From contig JBKPMM010000183.1 of the NCBI GenBank assembly GCA_046732155.1, forward strand, positions 1 to 39,839: a DNA stretch of 39,839 nucleotides, in the 5' to 3' direction. The notes beneath the pieces are model-generated. The model was not told the DNA's origin. It saw only the letters and a list, made by a program, of their open reading frames with translations, and ran no database searches. Origin of the DNA: Chloroflexota bacterium (GTDB taxonomy: Bacteria > Chloroflexota > Limnocylindria > Limnocylindrales > CSP1-4). Shown in pieces: positions 9,164-17,830 of the stretch. How positions within the stretch are numbered: the stretch's first letter is position 1; every line of letters begins with the position of its first letter. A program made the position numbers and the translations under genes.

Positions 9164-9856
9164 GTGGTCGCGTTCCTGTGGTGGGCGCGCCCGCAGGCAC
9201 TGCTTCCTGAAGCTGACGCAGCCCTGGCATCCACGCCAGCCGCGACGTTCGAGGCCGGCACGGATGGCCGGCTCACGTGGACGCCGACCGCGGCCGCGCC
9301 GACGACGGGCCTCGTCCTGTACACCGGCGGCAAGGTGCCGCCCGCCGCCTACGCGCCCGCTGCGCGGTCGATCGCGGAGCAGGGCTTTCTGGTGTCGATC
9401 GTGCCGGCGCCTTTGAACCTCGCGATCCTCGACACGAATGCCGCGGACCGGGTCATCGAGGACCATCCGGAGATCGCGTCGTGGGCCGTCGGCGGGCATT
9501 CGCTCGGTGGCTCGTCCGCGGCCCTGTTCGTGGACGGCCATCCTGGCGTCGTTCGCGGACTCGTGCTCTGGGCGTCGTACTCGTCGGTGGACCTTTCAGG
9601 AGACGGGCTGCGCGCGCTCGTCGCATATGGATCGCTCGACGCCGGCGCCGCGTCGTACACCGACCCGGAGAACCTTGCGCAGCTCGGGGCGAACGTGACC
9701 GTCGACCTGATCGACGGTGGCAACCACGAACAGATGGGCTGGTACACCGGCCAGCCGAACGACCTGCCCGCGACGATCAGCCGTCAGGCCCAGCAGGATC
9801 GGGTGATCGCGGCGACCGTCGCGCTGCTTCTGGAACTCGGCCCGACCTCTCCTTAG
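9164..9856 (+). CDS. Alpha/beta hydrolase (GHSLGG nucleophile elbow); true start probably upstream
   Basis: The motif GGHSLGGSSAALF. The first canonical start is GTG 9164, but the in-frame upstream stretch 9080-9163 encodes an Arg-rich plus hydrophobic signal anchor (see findings). Confidence 0.7.
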   Translation: MVAFLWWARPQALLPEADAALASTPAATFEAGTDGRLTWTPTAAAPTTGLVLYTGGKVPPAAYAPAARSIAEQGFLVSIVPAPLNLAILDTNAADRVIEDHPEIASWAVGGHSLGGSSAALFVDGHPGVVRGLVLWASYSSVDLSGDGLRALVAYGSLDAGAASYTDPENLAQLGANVTVDLIDGGNHEQMGWYTGQPNDLPATISRQAQQDRVIAATVALLLELGPTSP

Positions 9857-10374
9857 GCCAGGGCTACCGGCAGGACCAGCGGGACGAAGTAGCTCGCGAA
9901 CATCGCCGCGGCAGCGATCGCGACGCGTCGGCGGTCGTCGGGCGTCGCCGGCGGGAGGAGATCGGCGGGATGCGGCCGGGTCAAGACGAGCACCCCACCG
10001 ACGGTCTCGAGTGGGAGGAGGATCTGGCCCTGGGTGATCGCGATGAGGGCACGGATACCACCGATGACGATGAGGACGATGCACACAGGTTGGATCGCGT
10101 GGATCGCCCAGGCCGACCAGCGCGTCAGCCCACGGATGAGGGTCACCATGACGATCAGTGTCGCCGCCACGTTTGCCGTCAGGATGAGGAGGAGCGGCCA
10201 AACGGCGGCGACGCGTTCCGCATGGATGCCGCCGGTGGTCACAGGGACGAGCACGAGCCCGATGGCGGCGAGGATCGCCAGGATCGCGAACAGGAACCGC
10301 GCCCAGCGTCGGTACTGGTCGAGGCCACGCAGGTCGTCTGCCGCCGCGCCGGGCGTGGTCGCTGGCTCGCTCAC
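9853..10374 (-). CDS. 173-aa integral membrane protein (4-5 TM), unknown function
   Basis: Hydrophobic segments run throughout. GTG 10374 is preceded by TAGCAT-N6. Its stop converges on and overlaps the hydrolase stop (9853-9856). Confidence 0.55.
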   Translation of the reverse strand: MSEPATTPGAAADDLRGLDQYRRWARFLFAILAILAAIGLVLVPVTTGGIHAERVAAVWPLLLILTANVAATLIVMVTLIRGLTRWSAWAIHAIQPVCIVLIVIGGIRALIAITQGQILLPLETVGGVLVLTRPHPADLLPPATPDDRRRVAIAAAAMFASYFVPLVLPVALA

Positions 10375-10380
10375 CCGGCG

Positions 10381-10386
10381 ATGCTA
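10381..10386 (-). promoter_or_regulatory. -10-like TAGCAT, 6 nt upstream of GTG 10374; contains the TAG stop of the upstream EamA gene
   Basis: The reverse strand reads gacTAGCATcgccggGTG. Confidence 0.4.
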
Positions 10387-11370
10387 GTCGACGGCGGTCA
10401 CCGGTTGTTCCGAGCGCGCACGGATCGCGTCGCGGAGGCGGGCGATCGGGATCGTCGCCACCGCGATCCCACCCACCACCAGCCCGACGCCCGCGAGCTG
10501 GGCCGGCGATGGCCGCTCGCCAAGCAGCACCATGCTCAGCCCGACCGAGACGACCGGCTGCACGAGCAGGATCAGCGACGTGACGACGGCGGGTAGTCGC
10601 GGCAACGAGATCGAGATGAACAGATAGCCGAGCGACTGCGACGTAAGCCCGAGCACGGCGAGCCAAAACAGGCTCTGGAGCGGCGGTGTGAGATCGAGAT
10701 CGCCGATGGCGAGGCCGACCACGGTGGCGACGGCGGCGGTCGCGACGGTCGCGATCGCGACGGGGCCCGCCGGCCTCCGCGGGTCCCGCCCGCCGAGGCG
10801 GATGATCAGCAGGTACCCCGAATAGCAGAGTGCGGTGGCGATGCCCAGCAGGACGCCGAGCTCGGGGTTGCTGCCGTAGGCTCCCGCACCGATCACGCCA
10901 CTGATCAGCACGACCCCCGCAAGAACGATCGGGACCGCGATGAGCGTATTGCGCGACGGCCGCTCCCCGAAGACCAGCCACGCGACGACGCCGACCACAA
11001 GGACCTGGAGGTTGCCGAGGACCGTCGCGAGACCCGCCCCGACGTATTCGATGGCGTGGTGCCAGAAGGTGAGGTCACCGGCGAAGAAGACACCGGCGAT
11101 CAGTGCCAGCCGGACGGCACGACGCGGCAGCGGCCCGTAGCGCCGCTGCTCCGCGAACGCGACCGCACCGAGTAACGGCAGTCCGAACAGCGCACGGAAC
11201 ACGGTCCCGGTCGACGGTGTGACATCCGCCCAGAGATAGAAGATCCCGGAGAAGGCGATGCACAGCGCGCCCGCGAGCGCCGCGAGGCGTGGCCGATGAG
11301 CGATCGCGTCGAGCGGCGGGATCCCCAGTCCGGTCTCGCGGGCAGTGGCCGGCTCGCCGGCGCCGCTCAC
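10384..11370 (-). CDS. EamA/DMT-family transporter (10 TM)
   Basis: Two EamA-like halves, hydrophobic throughout. GTG 11370 overlaps the aspS stop (GTGA 11367-11370). Confidence 0.82.
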   Translation of the reverse strand: MSGAGEPATARETGLGIPPLDAIAHRPRLAALAGALCIAFSGIFYLWADVTPSTGTVFRALFGLPLLGAVAFAEQRRYGPLPRRAVRLALIAGVFFAGDLTFWHHAIEYVGAGLATVLGNLQVLVVGVVAWLVFGERPSRNTLIAVPIVLAGVVLISGVIGAGAYGSNPELGVLLGIATALCYSGYLLIIRLGGRDPRRPAGPVAIATVATAAVATVVGLAIGDLDLTPPLQSLFWLAVLGLTSQSLGYLFISISLPRLPAVVTSLILLVQPVVSVGLSMVLLGERPSPAQLAGVGLVVGGIAVATIPIARLRDAIRARSEQPVTAVD

Positions 11371-13226
11371 GTCCCGGTCGGCTTCGGCGGGACGCCGACG
11401 AACTTCAGGCCGAGCTCCTCGAACTGCTCCGTCTCCGGTGGTGACGGTGCCTCGAGCATCGGGTCGCTGCCCGATTGGGTCTTCGGGAACGCCATGACCT
11501 CGCGGATGTTGGTCTGGCTCGCGAGCAGTGCTGCCCAGCGATCGATACCCAGCGCGATCCCACCGTGCGGCGGCGCGCCGTATTCGAACGCGTCGAGGAC
11601 GGCGCCGAACTTGTCGCGCATCCCCTCGAGCGTCTGACCCTGGAGGAGGAAGCTGCGCTCGAGGAGGTCGCGTCGGTGGATCCGGACCGACCCACCGCCG
11701 AGCTCCCAGCCGTTGAGCACGAGGTCGTACTGCATCGCGCGCGCACGACCCGCCGGATCGTCGGGCGACGGCTTTCCTGGATCACCCGAGGCGGTCACGA
11801 GCAGCGCCTCGTCCTCCGGGACGACGCCGCTGAACGGGTTGTGGGTCGCGTCCCAGCGGTGGTTCTCGGCGTCCCACTGGTACATCGGGAAGCGATTGAC
11901 CCACGCATAGGCGAGGACGTTCGGGTCCGCCAGCCCGAGGCGCTCACCGAGACCGGCTCGGAGGCGACCGAGGACATCCGCCACGACCGGCGCGGCGTCG
12001 GCGACGATCAGGATCAGGTCCCCATCCGAAGCTCGCGTCGCGTCGATGACCGCTCGCTGGATGTCGTCCGACAAGAACTTCGCCGCAGGCCCGCTCAGCC
12101 CCTCGGGCGACACGCTCAGGTGGACGAGGCCCTTCGCACCGAAGCGCTTCGCCAGCTCGGTCAGCTCGTCGGTCTCCCGCCGGCTCGCGCCGCCGAGGCC
12201 TGGGGCGACGATCGCCTTGACCCGTCCGCCCGAGGCGAGCGCTTCGTCGAACACGCGGAATCCCGACCCGCCCTCGAGCGGCGGTCCCAGATCGATCAGC
12301 TCCATCCCGAAGCGGACATCCGGCTTGTCCGACCCGAAGCGCTCCATCACCTCGTCGTACGTGAACCGGGGGAACGGCACCTCGGCGAGCGGGCGGTCCG
12401 GTCGGGTGGCGCGCGACACGTCGATGACCATCGATTCGATGAAGGACATCACCGCGTCCTCATCGATGAAGCTCATCTCGAGGTCGAGCTGGGTGAACTC
12501 GGGTTGCCGGTCGCCGCGCAGGTCCTCGTCGCGGTAACAGCGGGCGATCTGGAAGTAGCGGTCGATCCCGGCGACCATCAGCAACTGCTTGAGCTGCTGC
12601 GGGCTCTGCGGAAGCGCGTACACGCTCCCGGGCTGGAGCCGCGACGGGACGATGAAGTCGCGCGCCCCCTCGGGTGTCGACTTGATCAGCGTGGGCGTCT
12701 CGACCTCGACGAAACCGGCGGCGTGATGCGCCTCGCGGATCGCCTGCACCATCCGGCTCCGCAGGAGCAGCCGCTCCGTCATCGGCTGGCGCCGGATGTC
12801 GAGGTAGCGGTATTTGAGCCTAAGGCTCTCGTCGACCGGCTTGTCCGGCTCGTTGATGTAGAAGGGCGGCGTCTTCGCCTCGGACAGGATGTCGATCTCG
12901 CTCGCCTGGAGCTCGATCTCACCCGTCGGCATGCGCCGGTTCTCGGTCCCCGGCAGCCTCGGCGCGACCTGCCCAGCGGCTGTCACGACGAACTCGTTCC
13001 GGACACGGCTAGCGGTCTCGTGCGCCTCCGGCGCGTCCGCCTTGTCGATCACGACCTGGGTGATGCCGTGGCGGTCACGAACGTCGAGGAAGATCAGCTG
13101 GCCGTGATCGCGGCGTCGGTGGACCCAGCCCGCCAGGCGCGCGTGGATCCCGGCGTCGGCGGCACGCAACTCACCGGCGGTATGGGTGCGATAGGGCGTG
13201 GCGAGACCCGGACTGGACGCTGACAT
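11367..13226 (-). CDS. aspS: Aspartyl-tRNA synthetase, bacterial type
   Basis: The product begins MSASSPGLATPYRTHTAGELR...GWVHRRRDHGQLIFLDVRDRHG, with class II motifs FQIARCYRDEDLRGDRQPEFTQLD and GGGSVRIH. The listed start 13400 adds 58 Arg/Pro-rich residues, so I use ATG 13226. Confidence 0.95.
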   Translation of the reverse strand: MSASSPGLATPYRTHTAGELRAADAGIHARLAGWVHRRRDHGQLIFLDVRDRHGITQVVIDKADAPEAHETASRVRNEFVVTAAGQVAPRLPGTENRRMPTGEIELQASEIDILSEAKTPPFYINEPDKPVDESLRLKYRYLDIRRQPMTERLLLRSRMVQAIREAHHAAGFVEVETPTLIKSTPEGARDFIVPSRLQPGSVYALPQSPQQLKQLLMVAGIDRYFQIARCYRDEDLRGDRQPEFTQLDLEMSFIDEDAVMSFIESMVIDVSRATRPDRPLAEVPFPRFTYDEVMERFGSDKPDVRFGMELIDLGPPLEGGSGFRVFDEALASGGRVKAIVAPGLGGASRRETDELTELAKRFGAKGLVHLSVSPEGLSGPAAKFLSDDIQRAVIDATRASDGDLILIVADAAPVVADVLGRLRAGLGERLGLADPNVLAYAWVNRFPMYQWDAENHRWDATHNPFSGVVPEDEALLVTASGDPGKPSPDDPAGRARAMQYDLVLNGWELGGGSVRIHRRDLLERSFLLQGQTLEGMRDKFGAVLDAFEYGAPPHGGIALGIDRWAALLASQTNIREVMAFPKTQSGSDPMLEAPSPPETEQFEELGLKFVGVPPKPTGT

Positions 13227-13235
13227 GGCCGGCGT

Positions 13236-13241
13236 ATCGTA
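13236..13241 (-). promoter_or_regulatory. -10-like TACGAT, 9 nt upstream of the aspS ATG 13226
   Basis: The reverse strand reads cccgTACGATacgccggccATG. Only 44 bp separate aspS from the divergent VOC gene. Confidence 0.35.
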
Positions 13242-13270
13242 CGGGAACCGTCTTGCCGAGGAGGCGTCCG

Positions 13271-13645
13271 ATGCTGTCCGACCAACAGGTGTACGCGGCG
13301 ATCCCGACCGCCGATCTAGACACCGCGCGCCGGTTCTACGAGGAGGTCCTCGGGTTCGTACCCCGCGAGGCGAATCCGGCCGGCATCTACTACGACGCAA
13401 GCGGCGGGACCTACTTCGTCCTGACGCGCAGCAGCGGCAAGGCGTCCGGGTCGCACACGCAGATGGCCTTTCGCGTCTCGGACATCGAAACGGAGGTGCG
13501 CGACCTCCAAAGCCGCGGCGTCACGTTCGAGGAGTACGAGACGCCCAAGACGGTCGATGGCATCGCAACGATCCCGATCGGACGGACTGCGTGGTTCCGG
13601 GATCCCGAAGGGAATCTCATCGGGATGATCCAGTTCAACGCCTGA
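13271..13645 (+). CDS. VOC (glyoxalase/bleomycin-resistance/dioxygenase) family protein
   Basis: ARRFYEEVLGF...HTQMAFRV...WFRDPEGNLIGM fits the VOC fold. A strong SD GAGGAGG (13258-13264) lies 6 nt before ATG 13271, so I prefer this start to the listed 13253. Confidence 0.8.
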   Translation: MLSDQQVYAAIPTADLDTARRFYEEVLGFVPREANPAGIYYDASGGTYFVLTRSSGKASGSHTQMAFRVSDIETEVRDLQSRGVTFEEYETPKTVDGIATIPIGRTAWFRDPEGNLIGMIQFNA

Positions 13646-13672
13646 TCACCCGCCTCGGTCCCGGGCCCTTCC

Positions 13673-13687
13673 CACCCGATTCGGGTG
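13673..13687 (+). terminator. Short hairpin cacccg-att-cgggtg after the VOC gene
   Basis: Perfect 6-bp stem, 3-nt loop, no T-tract. Confidence 0.2.
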
Positions 13688-13711
13688 ATGCTCGCGTGAA
13701 CGAGGACGGCC

Positions 13712-13717
13712 TATAGT
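13712..13717 (+). promoter_or_regulatory. -10-like TATAGT, 44 nt upstream of ATG 13762 (leadered; SD GAGGAGGGG at 13752-13760)
   Basis: An AT-rich hexamer in an otherwise GC-rich intergenic region. No convincing -35. Confidence 0.3.
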
Positions 13718-13761
13718 CGGCGCCCCGCGGCGGATCCGAGACCGCCCGGTCGAGGAGGGGC

Positions 13762-15249
13762 ATGTCGGCCATCATCCCGCGCTGGGAGTGGCGCACCTTC
13801 GGCTCCCGTTTCGGGCTGGCCGACGAGCGTTTCGCGGCTCTCGAGTCCAGCGGTATCCAGGAAAGCGACGAGATCTACCTGCTGGGTGCCGGCACCGGCA
13901 ACGCCAAGATCCGCGCGGACCTGATGGACATCAAGCTGTTGCGCGAGACCCAGCATGGGCTCCAGCGCTGGGAGCCCGTCATGAAAGCGCCGTTCCCGCT
14001 GTCCGCGGATGACGCGCGGCGCGCATTCGAGACGCTCGAGACGCCCGCACCGGATCTTCCACGTGAGAGCTCGACGCTCGACGAGTTCCTGGCCGACGTC
14101 GCCGGGCCCGCCGGCCCGCTTCGCCGCGTCGACGTCCACAAGCGGCGCGTCCGCTACACGGTCAACGGCTGCACCTCCGAACTGAGCGACATCACGGCGA
14201 ATGGCCGGCCGAGCCGAACGATCGCGATCGAATCGACCGATCAGGGCGCCGTCCTCGAGGCCGTCCAGCAGATGGGCCTCGGCGGCTACCGGAACATGGA
14301 CTACACCGCGGGGCTGGCGTCGATCATCGACGGCGAACCCGAGCGGTTCGCGGTGATCGACGTCGGGACCAACTCCGTCAAGTTCCGTATCGGCGAGCGG
14401 ACGCCCGACGGCTGGCGGACCGTGACCGACCGGGCGGAGATCACGCGGCTGGGAGAAGGACTCACCGAAGGCGGTGACATCACGGCGGACGCGCAGACCC
14501 GGACCTCGGACGCGATCGCGGCGATGGTCGATGCAGCCACCGCCGCGGGCGCGCGGGCGATCGTGGCCGTCGGGACCGCAGGCCTGCGGGCGGCGAGGAA
14601 TGGGGCCGCCGTGGTGGACTCCATCCGCGAGCGGACGGGCGTCACGATCGAGATCATCGCGGGCGACGAGGAGAGCCGCCTCGCCTACCAGGGTGTCCGG
14701 GCCGGGATCGATCTCGGCGGTGGTTCGCTCGTCGTGTTCGATACAGGCGGCGGGAGCAGCCAGTTCACGTTCGGCAGCAAGGCAGGCGTCGACGAACGGT
14801 TCAGCGAGCCAGTCGGCGCCGTGCGCTACACCGAGGCGTTCGGGCTCGCCGACGTGGTGTCACCCGAGACGCTCGCAGAGGCCAGAGCCGCGATCTCGCG
14901 CGACCTCGCCCGGCTCGAAGGTCGTCCTCGACCCGACGCCGTGGTCGGAATGGGTGGCGCGGTCACGAACATGGCCGCTGTCAAGCACTCCCTCGATCCG
15001 TACGACCCGGACGTCGTCCGCGGCACGGTCCTCGACACGGCCGAGCTCGACCGGCAGATCGAGCTATACCGAAGCCAGGCCGCCGATGCGCGTCGATCGA
15101 TCGTCGGCCTCCAGCCGAAACGAGCCGACGTCATCCTCGCGGGTGCACTGATCGTGCGCACCGTCCTCGACAAGCTCGATGTCCGATCCCTGACCGTCAC
15201 CGACCGCGGGTTGCGCGACGGTGTCCTGTTCGAGCGCTTCGGCGCCTGA
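13762..15249 (+). CDS. CYTH-like N-terminal domain fused to a Ppx/GppA-family phosphatase
   Basis: Residues from about 195 to the end read FAVIDVGTNSVKFRIGE...AVGTAGLRAARNG...FDTGGGSSQF, the ASKHA Ppx/GppA fold. Residues 1-190 (RWEWRTF...IRADLMDIKLL...VHKRRVRYTVNGCTSELSDI...IAIES) follow the beta-strand charge pattern of CYTH tunnel domains. Confidence 0.85.
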   Translation: MSAIIPRWEWRTFGSRFGLADERFAALESSGIQESDEIYLLGAGTGNAKIRADLMDIKLLRETQHGLQRWEPVMKAPFPLSADDARRAFETLETPAPDLPRESSTLDEFLADVAGPAGPLRRVDVHKRRVRYTVNGCTSELSDITANGRPSRTIAIESTDQGAVLEAVQQMGLGGYRNMDYTAGLASIIDGEPERFAVIDVGTNSVKFRIGERTPDGWRTVTDRAEITRLGEGLTEGGDITADAQTRTSDAIAAMVDAATAAGARAIVAVGTAGLRAARNGAAVVDSIRERTGVTIEIIAGDEESRLAYQGVRAGIDLGGGSLVVFDTGGGSSQFTFGSKAGVDERFSEPVGAVRYTEAFGLADVVSPETLAEARAAISRDLARLEGRPRPDAVVGMGGAVTNMAAVKHSLDPYDPDVVRGTVLDTAELDRQIELYRSQAADARRSIVGLQPKRADVILAGALIVRTVLDKLDVRSLTVTDRGLRDGVLFERFGA

Positions 15250-15269
15250 CGACGAGAGGAGAACCGACC

Positions 15270-16178
15270 GTGACGACCGAGAAGACTCCGTCAGCGGCGC
15301 CGGCCGCGAACGCCGAACAGCTCGCCGCATTGCTCGCGGCGATGAAGGGCACCGACAGCGTCGAGCTGAAGCTGACCGTTCCGACGGACGAGCACCGGGC
15401 GACGATCGCGCGGCTTCCGCTCGATCCCGTCAACACGCAGCCGCGCCAGGTCTTCTTCTTCGACACGCCGGATCTTGCCCTGGACAAGGCCGGCGTCGTC
15501 GTGCGTGCACGACGCATCCAGGGCGGCCGCGGCGACACCGTCGTGAAGCTGCGACCGGTCGTGCCGGCGGAGCTGCCGAAGGAGCTCCGGAGGTCGGCCA
15601 TGTTCAAGGTCGAGCTCGACGTGTTGCCCGGCGGGATCGGCGTGGTCTCCGGGTCGTTCAAGGGCGTCAGCGATGGCTTGAAGATCCGCGAGGCGGTAGC
15701 CGGCAAGAGGCCGATCAGCAAGCTCTTCTCCAAGGAGCAGCGTGCATTCTTCAAGGACCACGCTCCCGCGTCGGTCGACCTCGATAGCCTGGTCCCGCTC
15801 GGGCCGACGTTCATCCTGAAGGCGACGTTCACGCCCGAGGAGTTCGGACGGCGCATCATCGCCGAGCTGTGGCTGTACCAGGACGGTTCGCGGATCCTGG
15901 AGCTATCGACAAAATGCCTGCCGAACGAGGCATTCCAGGTCGCCGCGGAGGCCCGCGTCTACCTCTCGGAACACGGCGTCGACTTGGGGGGGCAACAGGC
16001 GACGAAGACGCGGACCGCGCTGGAGTTCTTCAGCAAGCAGATGGCGGCCGCGTCGGGCGCGCCCGCGAGCGGCGACGGGGCCCGCGCTGCACGAAAGGCC
16101 AAGCCCGAAGCGGAGACCGAAACAGCACCAGCGGCTGCTGAAGCGGCCGCGCCGTCGGAGGCCGCTCCCGCGAGCTAG
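15270..16178 (+). CDS. CYTH domain protein with a disordered Ala/Glu/Pro-rich C-terminal tail
   Basis: SVELKLTV...VVVRARR...TVVKLRP...MFKVELDV...IAELWLY...ILELSTK shows alternating charged beta-strands typical of the CYTH/triphosphate tunnel fold. SD GAGAGGAG (15254-15261) precedes GTG 15270. Confidence 0.7.
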   Translation: MTTEKTPSAAPAANAEQLAALLAAMKGTDSVELKLTVPTDEHRATIARLPLDPVNTQPRQVFFFDTPDLALDKAGVVVRARRIQGGRGDTVVKLRPVVPAELPKELRRSAMFKVELDVLPGGIGVVSGSFKGVSDGLKIREAVAGKRPISKLFSKEQRAFFKDHAPASVDLDSLVPLGPTFILKATFTPEEFGRRIIAELWLYQDGSRILELSTKCLPNEAFQVAAEARVYLSEHGVDLGGQQATKTRTALEFFSKQMAAASGAPASGDGARAARKAKPEAETETAPAAAEAAAPSEAAPAS

Positions 16179-16245
16179 CCGGTCCTCGCCACTGGTGGCC
16201 GCGCGGCACCTCGGCGCGGGAGCGGGCGCCCTGGGAATGGCCGGC

Positions 16246-16521
16246 TCAGGCGGGTGTCGGGCCTCTCCGGAGGAACCACGCGACCGCGATCGTGGCGGCA
16301 CCTATGATAGATGCGACCGTGTTCGGCACCAGGATGACGGGGTTGCCGAGCGCGATGCCGTAGCCCACCCAGAGCAGGAAGCCGAACTCGAGTACCGCGA
16401 GGTAGGCGATCGATACGTCCGCCGACGACTGGCGCGACAGCATCCGCCGGATCTGGAGGAGCGGCGAGATCGCCATCAGCACGCCCCAGCCCGCGGCGGC
16501 CACGCCGAGTGCCTCGATCAC
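16246..16521 (-). CDS. SemiSWEET / PQ-loop family 3-TM sugar transporter
   Basis: 91 aa. SPLLQIRRMLSRQSSADVSI, then LWVGYGIALGNPVILVPN, aligns by eye with known SemiSWEETs (APQFIKVLKTRSARDISL...LWLIYGLL...N). Confidence 0.78.
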   Translation of the reverse strand: MIEALGVAAAGWGVLMAISPLLQIRRMLSRQSSADVSIAYLAVLEFGFLLWVGYGIALGNPVILVPNTVASIIGAATIAVAWFLRRGPTPA

Positions 16522-16524
16522 CTG

Positions 16525-17823
16525 TCAGGTGCCGTGGTGGTGGGCCTGGTGGGCGCGTGCGACCTCCCGGCCAAGGTCCGCGAGGCCGACCACCTTCTGC
16601 GTCCCGGCAGGCAGGTCGCGGAGCTGCACCTCACCATCCGCGAGCTCGTCGCCGACGATGATCGCGAAATGCGCCTGGTCGCGCGCGGCCGCCTCGAGCT
16701 GCTTGCCGAGCTTGCGCTGACCGAGCTCTGCTCGAGCGGCGATGCCGTCGGCTCGGAGCAGCGTCGCGATCCGGAGCCGGTCGATGGTCGCGGCGGGATC
16801 CGCGCCGACGACGACGGCCGTCGGTGGATCAGGCGTGGTCGCGTGGTCAGCGGCCCCGCCCTGTTCGTCGAGCGCGAGCAAGAGTCGATCGAGGCCGATC
16901 CCGAAGCCGATGCCCGGTGTCGGGCGGCCACCGAGGAGCTCGACGAGCCCGTCGTACCGCCCTCCCCCGCCGAGGGCCTGCTGCTGGCCCTCGCGGCCCT
17001 CGATGTAGAACTCGAACGAAGTGCGTGTGTAGTAATCGAGGCCGCGGACGAGCCCGGGCTCAAGCCGGTAGGGCACGCCGAGGGCGTCGAGATGCGCCCG
17101 GACCGCGTCGAAATGCGCCGCGCACGCGTCGCACAGGCGGTCCGTGATGCGCGGCGCTCGCGCGTTGATGGCCGCCATCGCCGGATCCTTGGAGTCGGGC
17201 AGCCGCAGCACGTTCCGTTCGAGCCGATCGCGCTCGGTCGGCGGCAGCGCGTCGAGGTGCTGGCGGTAATAGGCGGTCAACTCCTCGATGTAGGCGGGAC
17301 GGCAGACGGCGTCGCCGATCGAGCTCAGCAGGACCTTGACGCCGGTCAGGCCCACGGCGGAGTAGTAGCGCATCCCGAGTTCGATGATCTCGGCGTCGAC
17401 GGCAGGACCCGGGTCGCCGATCGCCTCGACGTCGAACTGCCAGAACTGGCGGTAGCGCCCGGCCTGCGGCCGGTCGTAGCGGAACATCGGGCCGATCTCG
17501 TAGACCTTCACCGGCTGTGGCCAGGTCTGCATCCCGTGCTGGACGTAGGCCCGGACGATCCCCGCCGTCGGTTCCGGGCGTAGGGACCACGACTCGGATT
17601 CTTCGGTCCGGGGCGCGAGCCGGAAGAGTTCCTTCTCGACGATGTCCGTGACCTCGCCGACGCCGCGCTCGAAGACGGCCGTCTGTTCGAACATCGGCGT
17701 CTCGATCCGGCGATATCCGTAGCGCGTCGCAACGTCCGCCGCCAGACGCGCGAGGCGTGTCCAGCGCGGGGTCTCGTCCGGCAGCAGGTCGCGCGTGCCC
17801 CGGGCGGCACGGAAGGCGGGCAT
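16525..17823 (-). CDS. hisS: Histidyl-tRNA synthetase
   Basis: The product begins RGTRDLLPDETPRW, with MFRYDRPQAGRYRQFWQFDVE (motif 2), GGGRYDGL (motif 3 region) and a C-terminal anticodon-binding domain. Confidence 0.95.
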   Translation of the reverse strand: MPAFRAARGTRDLLPDETPRWTRLARLAADVATRYGYRRIETPMFEQTAVFERGVGEVTDIVEKELFRLAPRTEESESWSLRPEPTAGIVRAYVQHGMQTWPQPVKVYEIGPMFRYDRPQAGRYRQFWQFDVEAIGDPGPAVDAEIIELGMRYYSAVGLTGVKVLLSSIGDAVCRPAYIEELTAYYRQHLDALPPTERDRLERNVLRLPDSKDPAMAAINARAPRITDRLCDACAAHFDAVRAHLDALGVPYRLEPGLVRGLDYYTRTSFEFYIEGREGQQQALGGGGRYDGLVELLGGRPTPGIGFGIGLDRLLLALDEQGGAADHATTPDPPTAVVVGADPAATIDRLRIATLLRADGIAARAELGQRKLGKQLEAAARDQAHFAIIVGDELADGEVQLRDLPAGTQKVVGLADLGREVARAHQAHHHGT

Positions 17824-17830
17824 CGGCGGA

